A stretch of 64,000 nt of DNA from Bacteroidota bacterium (lineage in GTDB: Bacteria; Bacteroidota; Bacteroidia; Cytophagales; Cyclobacteriaceae), in assembly GCA_039819065.1 (NCBI GenBank), contig JBCBSS010000018.1:1-64000 (forward strand), in the 5' to 3' direction. Positions 47,184 to 56,733 of the stretch are shown piece by piece. The notes under the pieces are model-generated. The model ran no database searches and had not been told where the DNA came from. It saw nothing but the letters and a program-made list of their open reading frames with translations. Positions within the stretch are counted from its first letter, which is position 1; every line of letters starts with the position of its first letter. The translations under genes and the position numbers were made by a program.

Positions 47184-48146
47184 ATGAATAGAATTGACCG
47201 TCTTTCTGCCATAGTGATTCAGTTGCAAAGCAAGAAGGTAGTGACAGCGAAGGAAATTGCTGATCGTTTTGATATTAGTCTGAGGACGGTTTATAGGGAT
47301 ATCAGAGCGCTGGAAGAAGCTGGTGTTCCGATAGGAGCGGAGGCAGGTGTCGGTTATTTTATCATGGAAGGGTACCATCTACCACCAGTAGTTTTTACCC
47401 GAGATGAGGCCAGCGCACTTTTGTTGAGCGCCAAGTTGATCGATAAACATGCCGATCAATCGGTTAGAAACCACGTTGACAATGCTTTTTTTAAAATTAA
47501 GGCTGTACTCAAAGGTATTGATAAGGAGCACCTTGAAAGTCTTGAGGAACAGGTGGAGGTATTGAATTTACCCGAAGCTGACACGGATCTTTTCCCCAAT
47601 CATTTTTTGACGGACATTCAAAATGCCTTGGTACAGAAAAAGGTATTGAAATTCGATTACTATTCTAACTACAATGATGAATTCAATAGTCGAGAAGCCG
47701 AACCAATGGGCCTTTTATTCTACAGCTCGCACTGGCACTTGATAGCTTATTGCCGGCTTAGGCAGGGTTTGAGAGACTTTAGAATTGACAGAATTACTAA
47801 GCTAACCATATCTGAGGAACAATTTGAAGGGTCACAAAAAGAGGCCTTTCAGCAATTCAAACGTCAATTAATGGTTGGCTCTGATCTTGAGATTGTCAAA
47901 GTACGCTTCACACCAGAAGTAGCACGATATATAGGTGAGAAGCGGTATTTCTATGGGTTTGTTGAAGAGACTAGGACGGATGACTATATAGAAATGACAT
48001 TTATGGTGTCCATGCTCAAAGACTTTGGCCGTTGGTTGTTGCCCTTCGGAAGTACAGTTGAAATCATCTCACCCCTTGCCCTAAAGGATGCCATGCGAGA
48101 ATTAGTCGAAGATTTACTCCATTACATCACTGAAAAGGTCACTTAA
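47184..48146 (+). CDS. YafY-type transcriptional regulator (HTH + WYL + WCX domains)
   Basis: N-terminal HTH (…KEIADRFDISLRTVYRDIRALEEAGVPI…), a central WYL-like domain whose best match to the WYL signature is FYSSHWHLIAYCRL, and a C-terminal extension. Confidence 0.85.
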   Translation: MNRIDRLSAIVIQLQSKKVVTAKEIADRFDISLRTVYRDIRALEEAGVPIGAEAGVGYFIMEGYHLPPVVFTRDEASALLLSAKLIDKHADQSVRNHVDNAFFKIKAVLKGIDKEHLESLEEQVEVLNLPEADTDLFPNHFLTDIQNALVQKKVLKFDYYSNYNDEFNSREAEPMGLLFYSSHWHLIAYCRLRQGLRDFRIDRITKLTISEEQFEGSQKEAFQQFKRQLMVGSDLEIVKVRFTPEVARYIGEKRYFYGFVEETRTDDYIEMTFMVSMLKDFGRWLLPFGSTVEIISPLALKDAMRELVEDLLHYITEKVT

Positions 48147-48411
48147 TTTCAATTTTTTTCTTTTTCAAAAAACCTACTGACATAAGGTTGTCACTAGCTG
48201 CTCTGTTCTTTACATCAAAAAAAGATGTTCAACCTTTATTAGAACCCATCAACAAACTCGGTGTCTGGATCAGAAAGGTTGTCATCAAGGCTTGCGCAGC
48301 ACAAAAAATGTGAGTTCACTGATGTGAATGACCATTTTGAGTGCAAGCGTAACGCAGATGACGGGCTTTATGAACAGACACTAATTAATCATTATTTCAA
48401 CCATAATTATT

Positions 48412-48762
48412 ATGTCAATGGGAAACACCGTATTCGCTCAGAGCAAGAACGTTGAGCACAAAGCAGAAAAACATCCCGTACTGGAGATGGTGGTCTACAA
48501 AATCAAATCCGATGTAGTGCCGCGCTATCAGGAAATTCTCGAACAAGCCAGAGCAGAGGTAAGCAAGTTTGAAGGATTCATCGGCTACCGCACTTTTCGA
48601 TCATCCAAGGATAAAGGCGTATTCATGGACTTGGTAGAATGGGAGAGCCTCGATTTAGCCATGAAAGCCGCTAACCAGCTTGAATCGAAAGAAGAATTCA
48701 AGCCATTTCTGTCAGCTTTCGAAAGCATTACCATCATGGAGCATTTTAATTTTTACAAGTAA
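48412..48762 (+). CDS. ABM (antibiotic-biosynthesis-monooxygenase)-like small alpha+beta protein (tentative)
   Basis: about 100-aa ferredoxin-like ORF; the true start may be the ATG near 48487 (MVVYKIK…). Confidence 0.4.
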   Translation: MSMGNTVFAQSKNVEHKAEKHPVLEMVVYKIKSDVVPRYQEILEQARAEVSKFEGFIGYRTFRSSKDKGVFMDLVEWESLDLAMKAANQLESKEEFKPFLSAFESITIMEHFNFYK

Positions 48763-48789
48763 ACATCAATAACTTTAATTAACCGCAAT

Positions 48790-49398
48790 ATGGAAACTAT
48801 GGAAAAACTTGATTTGGTCAAGTCATTTAAAGAGTATTATAAGGCTAAGCAAATACCCGAATTAGTAGACCTGGCACCAGCTTACTATTTGACCATCAGT
48901 GGTGTAAGCGCACCAGAAGATGAGTTATTTGTAAAGAGCATCGAGTCTATTTATCCTCTGGCTTATGGTATTAAGAAACTAGCTAAAGATCAGGGCAGGG
49001 ATTTCGGCGTGCCGAAAATGGAAGGACAATGGTGGGTGGAAGGGGAAGTTCCATTTGAAGAAACACCTAGAGATCAATGGCATTGGAGAATCATGATCAT
49101 GATGCCTGATTTCGTAGATATTAAGATGGTAGATAAGGCTAGAGAAATAGTGGAGAAGAAGAAAAACCCCGAAAGGCTAGCAGATGTGACATTCGAAAAG
49201 ATACATGAAGGCAAAAGTGTCCAAGCCCTGCACATTGGTTCTTATGAAGAAGAAAAACCTACTCTTGAAAAGCTATTCAAAATGATTGCTGACAAGGGCT
49301 TGAGCATTAACGGATATCATCATGAGATTTATTTGTCTGATCCGAGGAAAACGCCTGAAGAAAGGCTCAAGACCATTATTAGATATCCTGTGAAATAG
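48790..49398 (+). CDS. GyrI-like small-molecule-binding domain protein
   Basis: 202 aa; duplicated beta-alpha-beta-beta halves with …EGQWWVEGE… and …HEIYLSDPRKTP… motifs typical of GyrI/SbmC-like proteins. Confidence 0.7.
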   Translation: METMEKLDLVKSFKEYYKAKQIPELVDLAPAYYLTISGVSAPEDELFVKSIESIYPLAYGIKKLAKDQGRDFGVPKMEGQWWVEGEVPFEETPRDQWHWRIMIMMPDFVDIKMVDKAREIVEKKKNPERLADVTFEKIHEGKSVQALHIGSYEEEKPTLEKLFKMIADKGLSINGYHHEIYLSDPRKTPEERLKTIIRYPVK

Positions 49399-49405
49399 AC
49401 AACTA

Positions 49406-50497
49406 ATGGCAGAACTTTTAAAGAACCAATTCTTTCAACCCGCTTTTCACCAAGCACTTGCGAAAGCGATTAACCGAGTACATCCCAATTTCAGTGAGGA
49501 TGAATTTATGAGCAAGGTCTACAATGACAGATGGGACGGTATGGAACTCAAGGAACGTATGAAGCATACCGCACTGACGTTGCGACAGTTACTGCCTGAA
49601 GACTATCTGAAAGCATTGGACGTACTCAAGAAGGTCTGCCATCATTTCCAGGGTTTTGACGGCATGGTATTTCCTGATTTTGTAGAACAATTTGGTCTGG
49701 ATTACCCGGAGGTATCATTGGATGCGCTGGAGTTATTTACACAATACTCCAGTAGTGAGTTTGCCATTAGGCCTTTCATTGTGAGGTATGAAGACCTGGC
49801 CATGGGACGCATGTTTCGATGGTCGACTGATGAGAATTACCATATAAGAAGATTGTCAAGCGAAGGTTGTCGTCCCAGGTTGCCGTGGGCGATGGCCCTT
49901 CCTAAATTCAAAAAGGATCCTTCTCTCATTCTACCTATTCTGGAAAACATGAAGGCCGACCCTGAAGAATATGTTAGAAAGAGTGTTGCTAACAACCTGA
50001 ACGACATTACTAAGGACAACAAGGAAATCGTGTTAGAGACCCTTGAGCATTGGAATGCTGATAAGGCAAAAAGTACGCAATGGATCATAAAACACGCTTT
50101 AAGGGGACTGCTAAAGGCAGGAGATAAGCGAGCACTTGCGATCCTTGGATTCAAGAAAGCAAATGTCGAGATAGAACATTTGATGCTTGATCGGGACTCT
50201 ATATCCATGGGAGAAGAACTAAATTTTTCTTTCAAGCTGACCAACCAAGGAAAAAGCAAAAAGAAGCTGATGGTCGATTATGTTATTCATTTTGTGAAAT
50301 CTAATGGTAGCACGGCTCCGAAGGTTTTTAAGCTAACCAATATCGATTTAAGTGCTGAAGATACCGTTGAGTTAGCCAAGAAACATGAAATTAAACCCAT
50401 TACCACCAGAAAATATTATGCCGGGGTGCATCGACTAGAAATCCAAGTGAATGGTCAAATGTACGGTGGTGTAAATTTTGAACTAGTGTTGAGTTAA
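49406..50497 (+). CDS. DNA alkylation repair enzyme family (AlkC/AlkD-like HEAT-like-repeat DNA glycosylase) with a C-terminal beta-rich (Ig-like) extension
   Basis: HEAT-like repeats (…IRRLSSEGCRPRLPWAMALPKFKKDP…EYVRKSVANNLNDITKDN…) plus about 120 aa of C-terminal beta domain. Confidence 0.75.
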   Translation: MAELLKNQFFQPAFHQALAKAINRVHPNFSEDEFMSKVYNDRWDGMELKERMKHTALTLRQLLPEDYLKALDVLKKVCHHFQGFDGMVFPDFVEQFGLDYPEVSLDALELFTQYSSSEFAIRPFIVRYEDLAMGRMFRWSTDENYHIRRLSSEGCRPRLPWAMALPKFKKDPSLILPILENMKADPEEYVRKSVANNLNDITKDNKEIVLETLEHWNADKAKSTQWIIKHALRGLLKAGDKRALAILGFKKANVEIEHLMLDRDSISMGEELNFSFKLTNQGKSKKKLMVDYVIHFVKSNGSTAPKVFKLTNIDLSAEDTVELAKKHEIKPITTRKYYAGVHRLEIQVNGQMYGGVNFELVLS

Positions 50498-50660
50498 GTG
50501 TATTATGTCGCATAAGTTGCCGTTATTTTTGTCCAAGACGAGGCAAAAAATATGAGCATAGCTGTAGCTACGTAATTATTTTTTAACGAAGTATTGGGTG
50601 AAAAGAACAACACTTGGTGTGACTAAAATATGCTTAATTTAACACGAGAATTATAAGACT

Positions 50661-50939
50661 ATGAAAAAGGTCAGTTTTCATCATTCCAAGCTTTCAAAGC
50701 TCAAAAATATTGGGAAAACGATAGAAAAAAGACTCAATGAGATTGGAGTTTATTCGAAAGAAGACCTCGAAACCATTGGGCCAGTCAAGGCATATCGTTT
50801 GATCAAGGAGAATTACCCTGACAAGACCATTCCGGTTTGTTATTACCTATATTCCTTCGAGGGAGCACTCTTGAATCGGCACTGGGATGATATTCCTGAA
50901 GAGACCAAGGAAGAGTTAAAGAAAGCGGCTGGTGTTTGA
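50661..50939 (+). CDS. TfoX C-terminal-domain-only protein (HhH-like DNA-binding)
   Basis: 92 aa; …LKNIGKTIEKRLNEIGVYSKEDLETIGPVKAYRLIK… HhH-like. Confidence 0.6.
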   Translation: MKKVSFHHSKLSKLKNIGKTIEKRLNEIGVYSKEDLETIGPVKAYRLIKENYPDKTIPVCYYLYSFEGALLNRHWDDIPEETKEELKKAAGV

Positions 50940-50950
50940 GGAGATGAACT

Positions 50951-52006
50951 TCAGAATAAACTCAGATTGCCACCACGCCTGAACTTGGTAATATCCAGAG
51001 GGGGCACTTTTCTGCCAGACATGTATTTTTTCTTCGCCATTCTAAAAAGAGAGGCTATGCTATTGGCGTAATTGCCTTCTCCACTTTGTCGCCTGCCCCA
51101 TTCACTATCATTGACCTGTCCTCCGTGCATATCACATATTTGATTCCAGACTTTGTTGAATCGGTCTGGAAAGTTCTTTTTCAGCCAATCTTCGAACATA
51201 GGGCCGATAGCACCATTCAACCGCACTACCGTGTATCCTGCGCTTAATGCCCCGTGGTCAGCAGCAGCTTTGATTACATTGGGAATTTCATGATGATTCA
51301 ATCCCGGGATGATGGGAGCATTCATAATACTCACCGGAACACCCTTTTTAGAAAGTGCTTCGATCGCCTTCAATTTTCGGATGGCACTAGCCGTTCTAGG
51401 CTCCATGATCGACCTAAGCTTTTCGTCCAGTGTGGTAATGGAAAAGTGAATGTGTACCAAATTATCACTGGCTAGATCCGTCAATAAGTCGATATCACGA
51501 AGTACTAGCACATTTTTGGTGATCATGGAAACCGGATGCCGATATCGAACCATAACCTCTAAGACACCCCTCGTCAATTTAAACCGTCTTTCGAGTGGCT
51601 GATAGCAATCCGTGTTTCCAGACACCATTATAGGCATGGGTTTCCAGCTCTTGTGAAGGATCTGTTGTTCCAATGTTCTAGGTGCGTTCTCCTTAACAAT
51701 GATCTTTCTTTCAAAGTCAAGACCTGCGCTGAACCCCCAATACTCATGCACATTTCGGGCGTAACAATAAATGCAACCGTGCTCACAACCCTGGTATGGA
51801 TTCAAAGAGTAAACCATGCCCAGGTCGGGGCTATCTACTTTGTTCACGATCTTTTTTGGGTGCTCGAAGAATATCTCCGTCTTCGGAGCTTCCAAGTGTT
51901 TTTCCTCGTCTAACCCTTCTATATGATCAGTGACATATTCCTGGCTCAGGAACTTGTTACGCGTATTTACCTGAGCCCCTCGCCCTTTTAGATAGCCATC
52001 TTGCAT
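50951..52006 (-). CDS. radical-SAM DNA repair lyase (spore-photoproduct-lyase / SplB-like)
   Basis: CEHGCIYCYA (CxxxCxxC) radical-SAM cluster motif; about 350 aa. Confidence 0.8.
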   Translation of the reverse strand: MQDGYLKGRGAQVNTRNKFLSQEYVTDHIEGLDEEKHLEAPKTEIFFEHPKKIVNKVDSPDLGMVYSLNPYQGCEHGCIYCYARNVHEYWGFSAGLDFERKIIVKENAPRTLEQQILHKSWKPMPIMVSGNTDCYQPLERRFKLTRGVLEVMVRYRHPVSMITKNVLVLRDIDLLTDLASDNLVHIHFSITTLDEKLRSIMEPRTASAIRKLKAIEALSKKGVPVSIMNAPIIPGLNHHEIPNVIKAAADHGALSAGYTVVRLNGAIGPMFEDWLKKNFPDRFNKVWNQICDMHGGQVNDSEWGRRQSGEGNYANSIASLFRMAKKKYMSGRKVPPLDITKFRRGGNLSLF

Positions 52007-52127
52007 ACAATCAAAATTACCAAAATAAATAGTAAATACTAATATTTTTAGTAAAAAAGTTTATAATAATTTTAGCCCTTCAAAAAGAGTGGTCAGTTAA
52101 GGATAAGACTTAAAATGTGTGGAGCAA

Positions 52128-52853
52128 TTAAATCTGATGGTCGCTGTTGAGGACAGACAACACCTGATTTTTGTAGTTGCGTCCAATGGGGATTTCTTTT
52201 CCAGGAACCTCTATAGCCGAAGCAGAATAGGATTCTATTTTATTAATGGGAACGATGAAAGAGCGGTGGATACGCATGAAGTTCTCTTCGGGGAGCTTTT
52301 GCTCAAGGTAGCTGATTTTTTGATGCGTGATGACTTCTTTGACCGGCGTTTTGACACGTACGTAGTCTTTCAAACTCTCAATGTAGAGAATATCATGAAG
52401 AGGTACTTTCACCATCTTTTTATCTGCTTTGAGATAGATATAATCGCCTTCTGTATCTGTTGTCTGTGCATCTTGTGCCTTAGCTGAATACTGCTTTGGT
52501 TGTGTTTGATATACCTTGTTAATGGCTTTAAGAAACCTTTCGAAAGAGATAGGTTTCAGCAAATAGTCGATGATATCTAATTCATAACCTTCCAATGCAT
52601 AATCCCTATAGGCCGTGGTGAAAATTACCTTGGGAGGGGATTTCATGGTTTTTAGAAAGTCAATGCCCGTCAGTTTGGGCATTTGGATATCCAAGAATAA
52701 TAAGTCGACCTGCTTTTCCTGTAGTACTTCGAATGCCTCAAGGGCGTTACTACAAGTAGCCATGATTTCCATGCCTTCAAGCCTTTCAACATATGATTCG
52801 ATTACCTCAATGGCTAGAGGTTCATCATCGACTATAAGACACTTCAGCTTCAT
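52128..52853 (-). CDS. LytTR-family response regulator
   Basis: REC domain (…LKCLIVDDEPLAIEV…DLLFLDIQMP…) plus a C-terminal LytTR DNA-binding domain. Confidence 0.9.
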   Translation of the reverse strand: MKLKCLIVDDEPLAIEVIESYVERLEGMEIMATCSNALEAFEVLQEKQVDLLFLDIQMPKLTGIDFLKTMKSPPKVIFTTAYRDYALEGYELDIIDYLLKPISFERFLKAINKVYQTQPKQYSAKAQDAQTTDTEGDYIYLKADKKMVKVPLHDILYIESLKDYVRVKTPVKEVITHQKISYLEQKLPEENFMRIHRSFIVPINKIESYSASAIEVPGKEIPIGRNYKNQVLSVLNSDHQI

Positions 52854-53958
52854 CTGTTTCCTTTATTTTTGGCTGGTGAGTCAGCTTCACATCCGGCTCT
52901 TCATTAATACCCAGCTTAAGTACAATGAGGTACGTTTCATCGGTATCGAAGGTTTTGAGATCATAGTTAGCGCTGTACAATAACTCTAATCTCCTTTTTA
53001 CATTTTTGAGCCCTATGCCCTCCTTGTAGTTTCTTTCATCCTTGGCGCCATTGTCGCTCTTGCTGTTTTCTACCTTCAAGGTCATTTGATCACCCTTTAC
53101 ATTAAGGTCTATGCCGACCCAGGCGTCCTTGGTTTCTCCACTTACGCCGTGTTTGAAGCTATTCTCAACAAAAGGTAGAATAAGCATGGGAGCGATGAAC
53201 TTGCCCGATATATCTCCTTTTACATTAAAGGAAAGATCCAGGCGCTTGCCATATCTTATTTTTTCTAGAGACAAATAATTCTCAAGTAGCTCAATTTCTT
53301 TTTTCAATGGCACCCTGTCCGCGTTACATTCATAAAGCATGTAATTGAGCAGATCAGAAAGCTTGAGCACCATTTCCGGTGCATGGTCGGATTTCTTGAG
53401 GGTGAGAGCGTATAGATTGTTCAGCGTATTGAAAAGGAAGTGAGGGTGAATTTGAGCCTTCAAGAACTTAAGTTCTGCCTCCAATTTATCTTGGGTCAGC
53501 CGCTGAGTAGTTTGCTGGTTTCTGAACCAGTGTTTAATGAATTTGATGACCACCGCAATCGCCACCACTGGATAAATGTAGGTAACGCTCTTTATAATTT
53601 TTGCCGGATGGAGCAAGGTCAGGTTCCAATCTTCTTCAGGAAAATAGATGGGGTGTTCAACGTATATCACCATCACCCAATGCACGAAGCCAAATACCAA
53701 CATAACACCACCGAGTAGAGCGAAAAACGGCGTGTATCTGCCGGACAACAGGTACCGAGGCATTAAATAATACAACGTGAAGTAAGTGACGGCTATTTTT
53801 TCCGGAAGGAAGATGAGCTGCAATTGGAATTGGACAGCATAATCTTCTTTAAAACTGCCATAGAGGATAGAAAAGAATAAAACATACCCAACCCAGAATA
53901 AGATATGTTTAAGTACTCTGGGAACTCCTGAATTGTATTTGTCGAGTTCCATTTTCAT
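52825..53958 (-). CDS. LytS-like sensor histidine kinase (multi-TM sensor + His_kinase/HATPase)
   Basis: …IHPHFLFNTLNNLYALTLKKS… His_kinase motif; overlaps the RR gene; start set to the ATG at 53958 (ORF-track start is TTG). Confidence 0.85.
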   Translation of the reverse strand: MKMELDKYNSGVPRVLKHILFWVGYVLFFSILYGSFKEDYAVQFQLQLIFLPEKIAVTYFTLYYLMPRYLLSGRYTPFFALLGGVMLVFGFVHWVMVIYVEHPIYFPEEDWNLTLLHPAKIIKSVTYIYPVVAIAVVIKFIKHWFRNQQTTQRLTQDKLEAELKFLKAQIHPHFLFNTLNNLYALTLKKSDHAPEMVLKLSDLLNYMLYECNADRVPLKKEIELLENYLSLEKIRYGKRLDLSFNVKGDISGKFIAPMLILPFVENSFKHGVSGETKDAWVGIDLNVKGDQMTLKVENSKSDNGAKDERNYKEGIGLKNVKRRLELLYSANYDLKTFDTDETYLIVLKLGINEEPDVKLTHQPKIKETDEAEVSYSR

Positions 53959-53976
53959 AAGGTGGGGTTTAAAAGA

Positions 53977-54005
53977 CAAACAACCACCCGTTTGGTGGTT
54001 GTTTG
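53977..54005. promoter_or_regulatory. 12-bp perfect inverted repeat (CAAACAACCACC-CGTTT-GGTGGTTGTTTG) in the divergent promoter region between the HK/RR operon and the DUF5916 gene
   Basis: read directly from the sequence; about 20 nt upstream of the HK start codon; followed on the minus strand by TCTTTTAAA. Confidence 0.4.
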
Positions 54006-54271
54006 CGAAATTAACCTTAAAATATAGCTTATAAAAAAGACTTACAATACCACTAATCGTTATTGAGGTCTAATAGTTTCGAATGTTTATATCTTTTGGA
54101 TGAAATACTTGATTTGCAAGATGAACGACCTCCTTATTGCTCTAGAAGCCGAGTGACGAACCTGTTGCAGATTTGAACATCCATACAGCCATTTCTGGCC
54201 GAAAAGCCATTTTGGGCAGAACTTCTTATCAGGCAGGGAGTACAATAACCCATCAACATGCTCCAACGCTC

Positions 54272-56482
54272 ATGAAAAAGTCATTTTTTACTTTGCTTAT
54301 TGGCTGCCTTTTTTATCAGCTGCAAGCACAGGACACCCGGGAAGCATATCAAGTGAGAATTCAAAAATCTATAGACCAGATCGAGTTGGATGGAGACCTG
54401 AGTGAGGAATCTTGGTCGAACGCTGATATTGCCAACAACTTCATAAATCATTGGCCCTTGGATAGTGGCAAGGCTGAGGCTTTAACTGAGGTTAAGCTTA
54501 CCTACGATGATGCTTTTCTTTATGTGGCCGCCACTTGTTTTGATAATGGTGAAAGGATCATACAATCACTTCGTAGGGACAGTGAAAACCACTGGTCAAG
54601 TGATGGTTTTACCATAGCCATCGATCCGATCAATCAACGCACCAATGGTTTTTTATTTGGCGTAAACGCTGGTGGAGCACAGATAGAAGGGACACTCAAC
54701 GTAAGAGGTTCTGATACCGAATCTGATAATAACTGGGACAATAAATGGTACTCGCAGGTAAAACAATATGAAGACCGTTATGTGGTTGAGATGGCCATTC
54801 CTTTCAAAACATTAAGATATAATGGCGGCAACGGAGCCTGGGGAGTGAACTTCATCCGTAATGACATGCAGCGCAACATCTATTCTACCTGGACTCGGTT
54901 TCCTTTGAACTTTGGTGGGATAGACCTCGGATATAATGGCAGCATCGTTTGGGATAAACCACCACAACCTTCTGAAGGTAAGGTCATTCTTATACCCTAC
55001 ACTTCCGGAGGTATTTCTAGAAACCATGAAGACAATGAGCCTACCGAAAGAGATTTCGATGCAGGCTTGGATGCCAAAATAGCCCTGTCTTCTTCACTCA
55101 ATTTGGATTTAACGCTCAATCCTGACTTTTCCAATGTCGATGTCGATCAGCAAGTAACTAACCTGACCAGGTTTAGCGTGCTTTTCCCTGAGCGCCGTAA
55201 TTTCTTTCTCGAGAACAGTGATCTATTTGGCAATTTCGGGGCCTGGAATGTGAGGCCATTTTTTTCGAGGAGAATTGGATTGATTGACGGAGAGCCTGTT
55301 CCTATTCTATATGGTGCGCGTCTCTCAGGCAATATCACTGATGATACTCGCATTGGTATAATGGACGTGCAAACCCGTTCTACCAACGAAGTAGGGGCTC
55401 AGAACTACGCCGTTCTATCCGCCCAAAAAAGAGTGTTAAAAAGATCCAATATCAAAGGCATCTTTATTAACCGACAATCGACAGAAAGCGGTGAGAGCAA
55501 TGATGACATGAGCGATTATAACAGAGTAGGCGGGTTGGAATTTGAATACCTGTCTAGTGATGGGAAATGGAGCGGTACGGCACGTTATCACAAGTCTTTT
55601 AACCCGGAGAAATACGATCAAACCGATTTCTACTCTGCTTTCATTGCCCATAACTCACGCAATCTTTGGTTCGGGACTGCCATGAACCGTGTACAGGAAA
55701 ACTTTATTGCCGATGTAGGTTTTGTTCCCAGGTTGTTCAATAACGATGATGCTCGAGATACAACGGTCAGAATTGGCTATACACAGCTCAATCATTGGTT
55801 AGGCTATAATCACTTTACTTCTCAAGACTCAAAGATCAATTTCCATGGGCCAAGATACTGGACAGCACTGATTTACAATGATGGCGGCGAGTTCAGCGAA
55901 AGACGCAGCAACCTGCGCTATTTCCTCAACTTTAGCAGCGCAAGCGAGATAGAATTCAGGTTCATTGACAGTGAAATAGTATTGCCATTTCCAACTGATT
56001 TTGTGGGTGAGGACAATGACTTGCTTCCATCAGGAAGATACCGTTTTCAGACCTACGGGATACGCTATGCGTCAAATCCTCGGAAAGCTTTCTACGGTGA
56101 GGTATCCCTCGATGTAGGAAGTTTTTACAATGGCAATAGAACAACTTTTGGTCTGAATGCGAATATACGCAGACAACCTTGGGGAAACTTCGGTTTGGCT
56201 TATACCCAGAACAGAGTAGAGCTATCTGAAAACTTTGGAAGTACCGTGTTGCATTTGATTGGCCCTAGAATGGAGGTGTCGTTTTCTAACAAGATGTTCT
56301 GGACATCATTTTTACAATACAACACCCAAGCCGAGAATTTCAATATCAACAGCCGATTCCAATGGCGCTACAAGCCTATGTCCGATCTATTTATCGTGTA
56401 TAGCGATAATTATGCGACGGATGGACTGAACGTAAAAAATCGAGGAATTGTTTTTAAACTAACGTATTGGCTCAATTTATAA
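54272..56482 (+). CDS. CBM9-like / DUF5916-family outer-membrane-associated protein
   Basis: signal peptide MKKSFFTLLIGCLFYQLQA, an N-terminal carbohydrate-binding-like domain, and a large beta-rich C-terminal region; start set to the ATG at 54272. Confidence 0.65.
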   Translation: MKKSFFTLLIGCLFYQLQAQDTREAYQVRIQKSIDQIELDGDLSEESWSNADIANNFINHWPLDSGKAEALTEVKLTYDDAFLYVAATCFDNGERIIQSLRRDSENHWSSDGFTIAIDPINQRTNGFLFGVNAGGAQIEGTLNVRGSDTESDNNWDNKWYSQVKQYEDRYVVEMAIPFKTLRYNGGNGAWGVNFIRNDMQRNIYSTWTRFPLNFGGIDLGYNGSIVWDKPPQPSEGKVILIPYTSGGISRNHEDNEPTERDFDAGLDAKIALSSSLNLDLTLNPDFSNVDVDQQVTNLTRFSVLFPERRNFFLENSDLFGNFGAWNVRPFFSRRIGLIDGEPVPILYGARLSGNITDDTRIGIMDVQTRSTNEVGAQNYAVLSAQKRVLKRSNIKGIFINRQSTESGESNDDMSDYNRVGGLEFEYLSSDGKWSGTARYHKSFNPEKYDQTDFYSAFIAHNSRNLWFGTAMNRVQENFIADVGFVPRLFNNDDARDTTVRIGYTQLNHWLGYNHFTSQDSKINFHGPRYWTALIYNDGGEFSERRSNLRYFLNFSSASEIEFRFIDSEIVLPFPTDFVGEDNDLLPSGRYRFQTYGIRYASNPRKAFYGEVSLDVGSFYNGNRTTFGLNANIRRQPWGNFGLAYTQNRVELSENFGSTVLHLIGPRMEVSFSNKMFWTSFLQYNTQAENFNINSRFQWRYKPMSDLFIVYSDNYATDGLNVKNRGIVFKLTYWLNL

Positions 56483-56499
56483 CACTACAGTATGACGCT

Positions 56500-56601
56500 T
56501 AAAATAGCATTTACATTGATTTTTGTGGCCATCTGGATATGGCAGATAGGAATGGACGTCCGCACAGCAGTGAGAACTAAAGGGAAGAAGTAGAACCCTT
56601 A
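56500..56601 (+). CDS. possible 33-aa hydrophobic small peptide (MTLKIAFTLIFVAIWIWQIGMDVRTAVRTKGKK)
   Basis: short ORF below the ORF-track cut-off, ending inside a terminator hairpin; purely ab initio. Confidence 0.2.
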
Positions 56602-56616
56602 CTTCTTTCTTGTTTT
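56582..56616 (+). terminator. intrinsic terminator after the DUF5916 gene and small ORF
   Basis: AAGAAGTA-gaaccct-TACTTCTT hairpin followed by a T-rich tract. Confidence 0.45.
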
Positions 56617-56733
56617 ATAGGTTTTTATCGCCTCCGTGAGTGTCTCACACACGGATTTTATCGGTTTAGTCATTTGTGAGGACACAAACGACGGCGAAAG
56701 TTTTATAGATTTCTTTTCAGTCGTATCTGACCA

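Noticed and set aside
48261-48455. 64-aa ORF upstream of the ABM-like gene
   Set aside because: Overlaps the likely promoter and 5' end of the ABM-like gene; no domain; probably non-coding.
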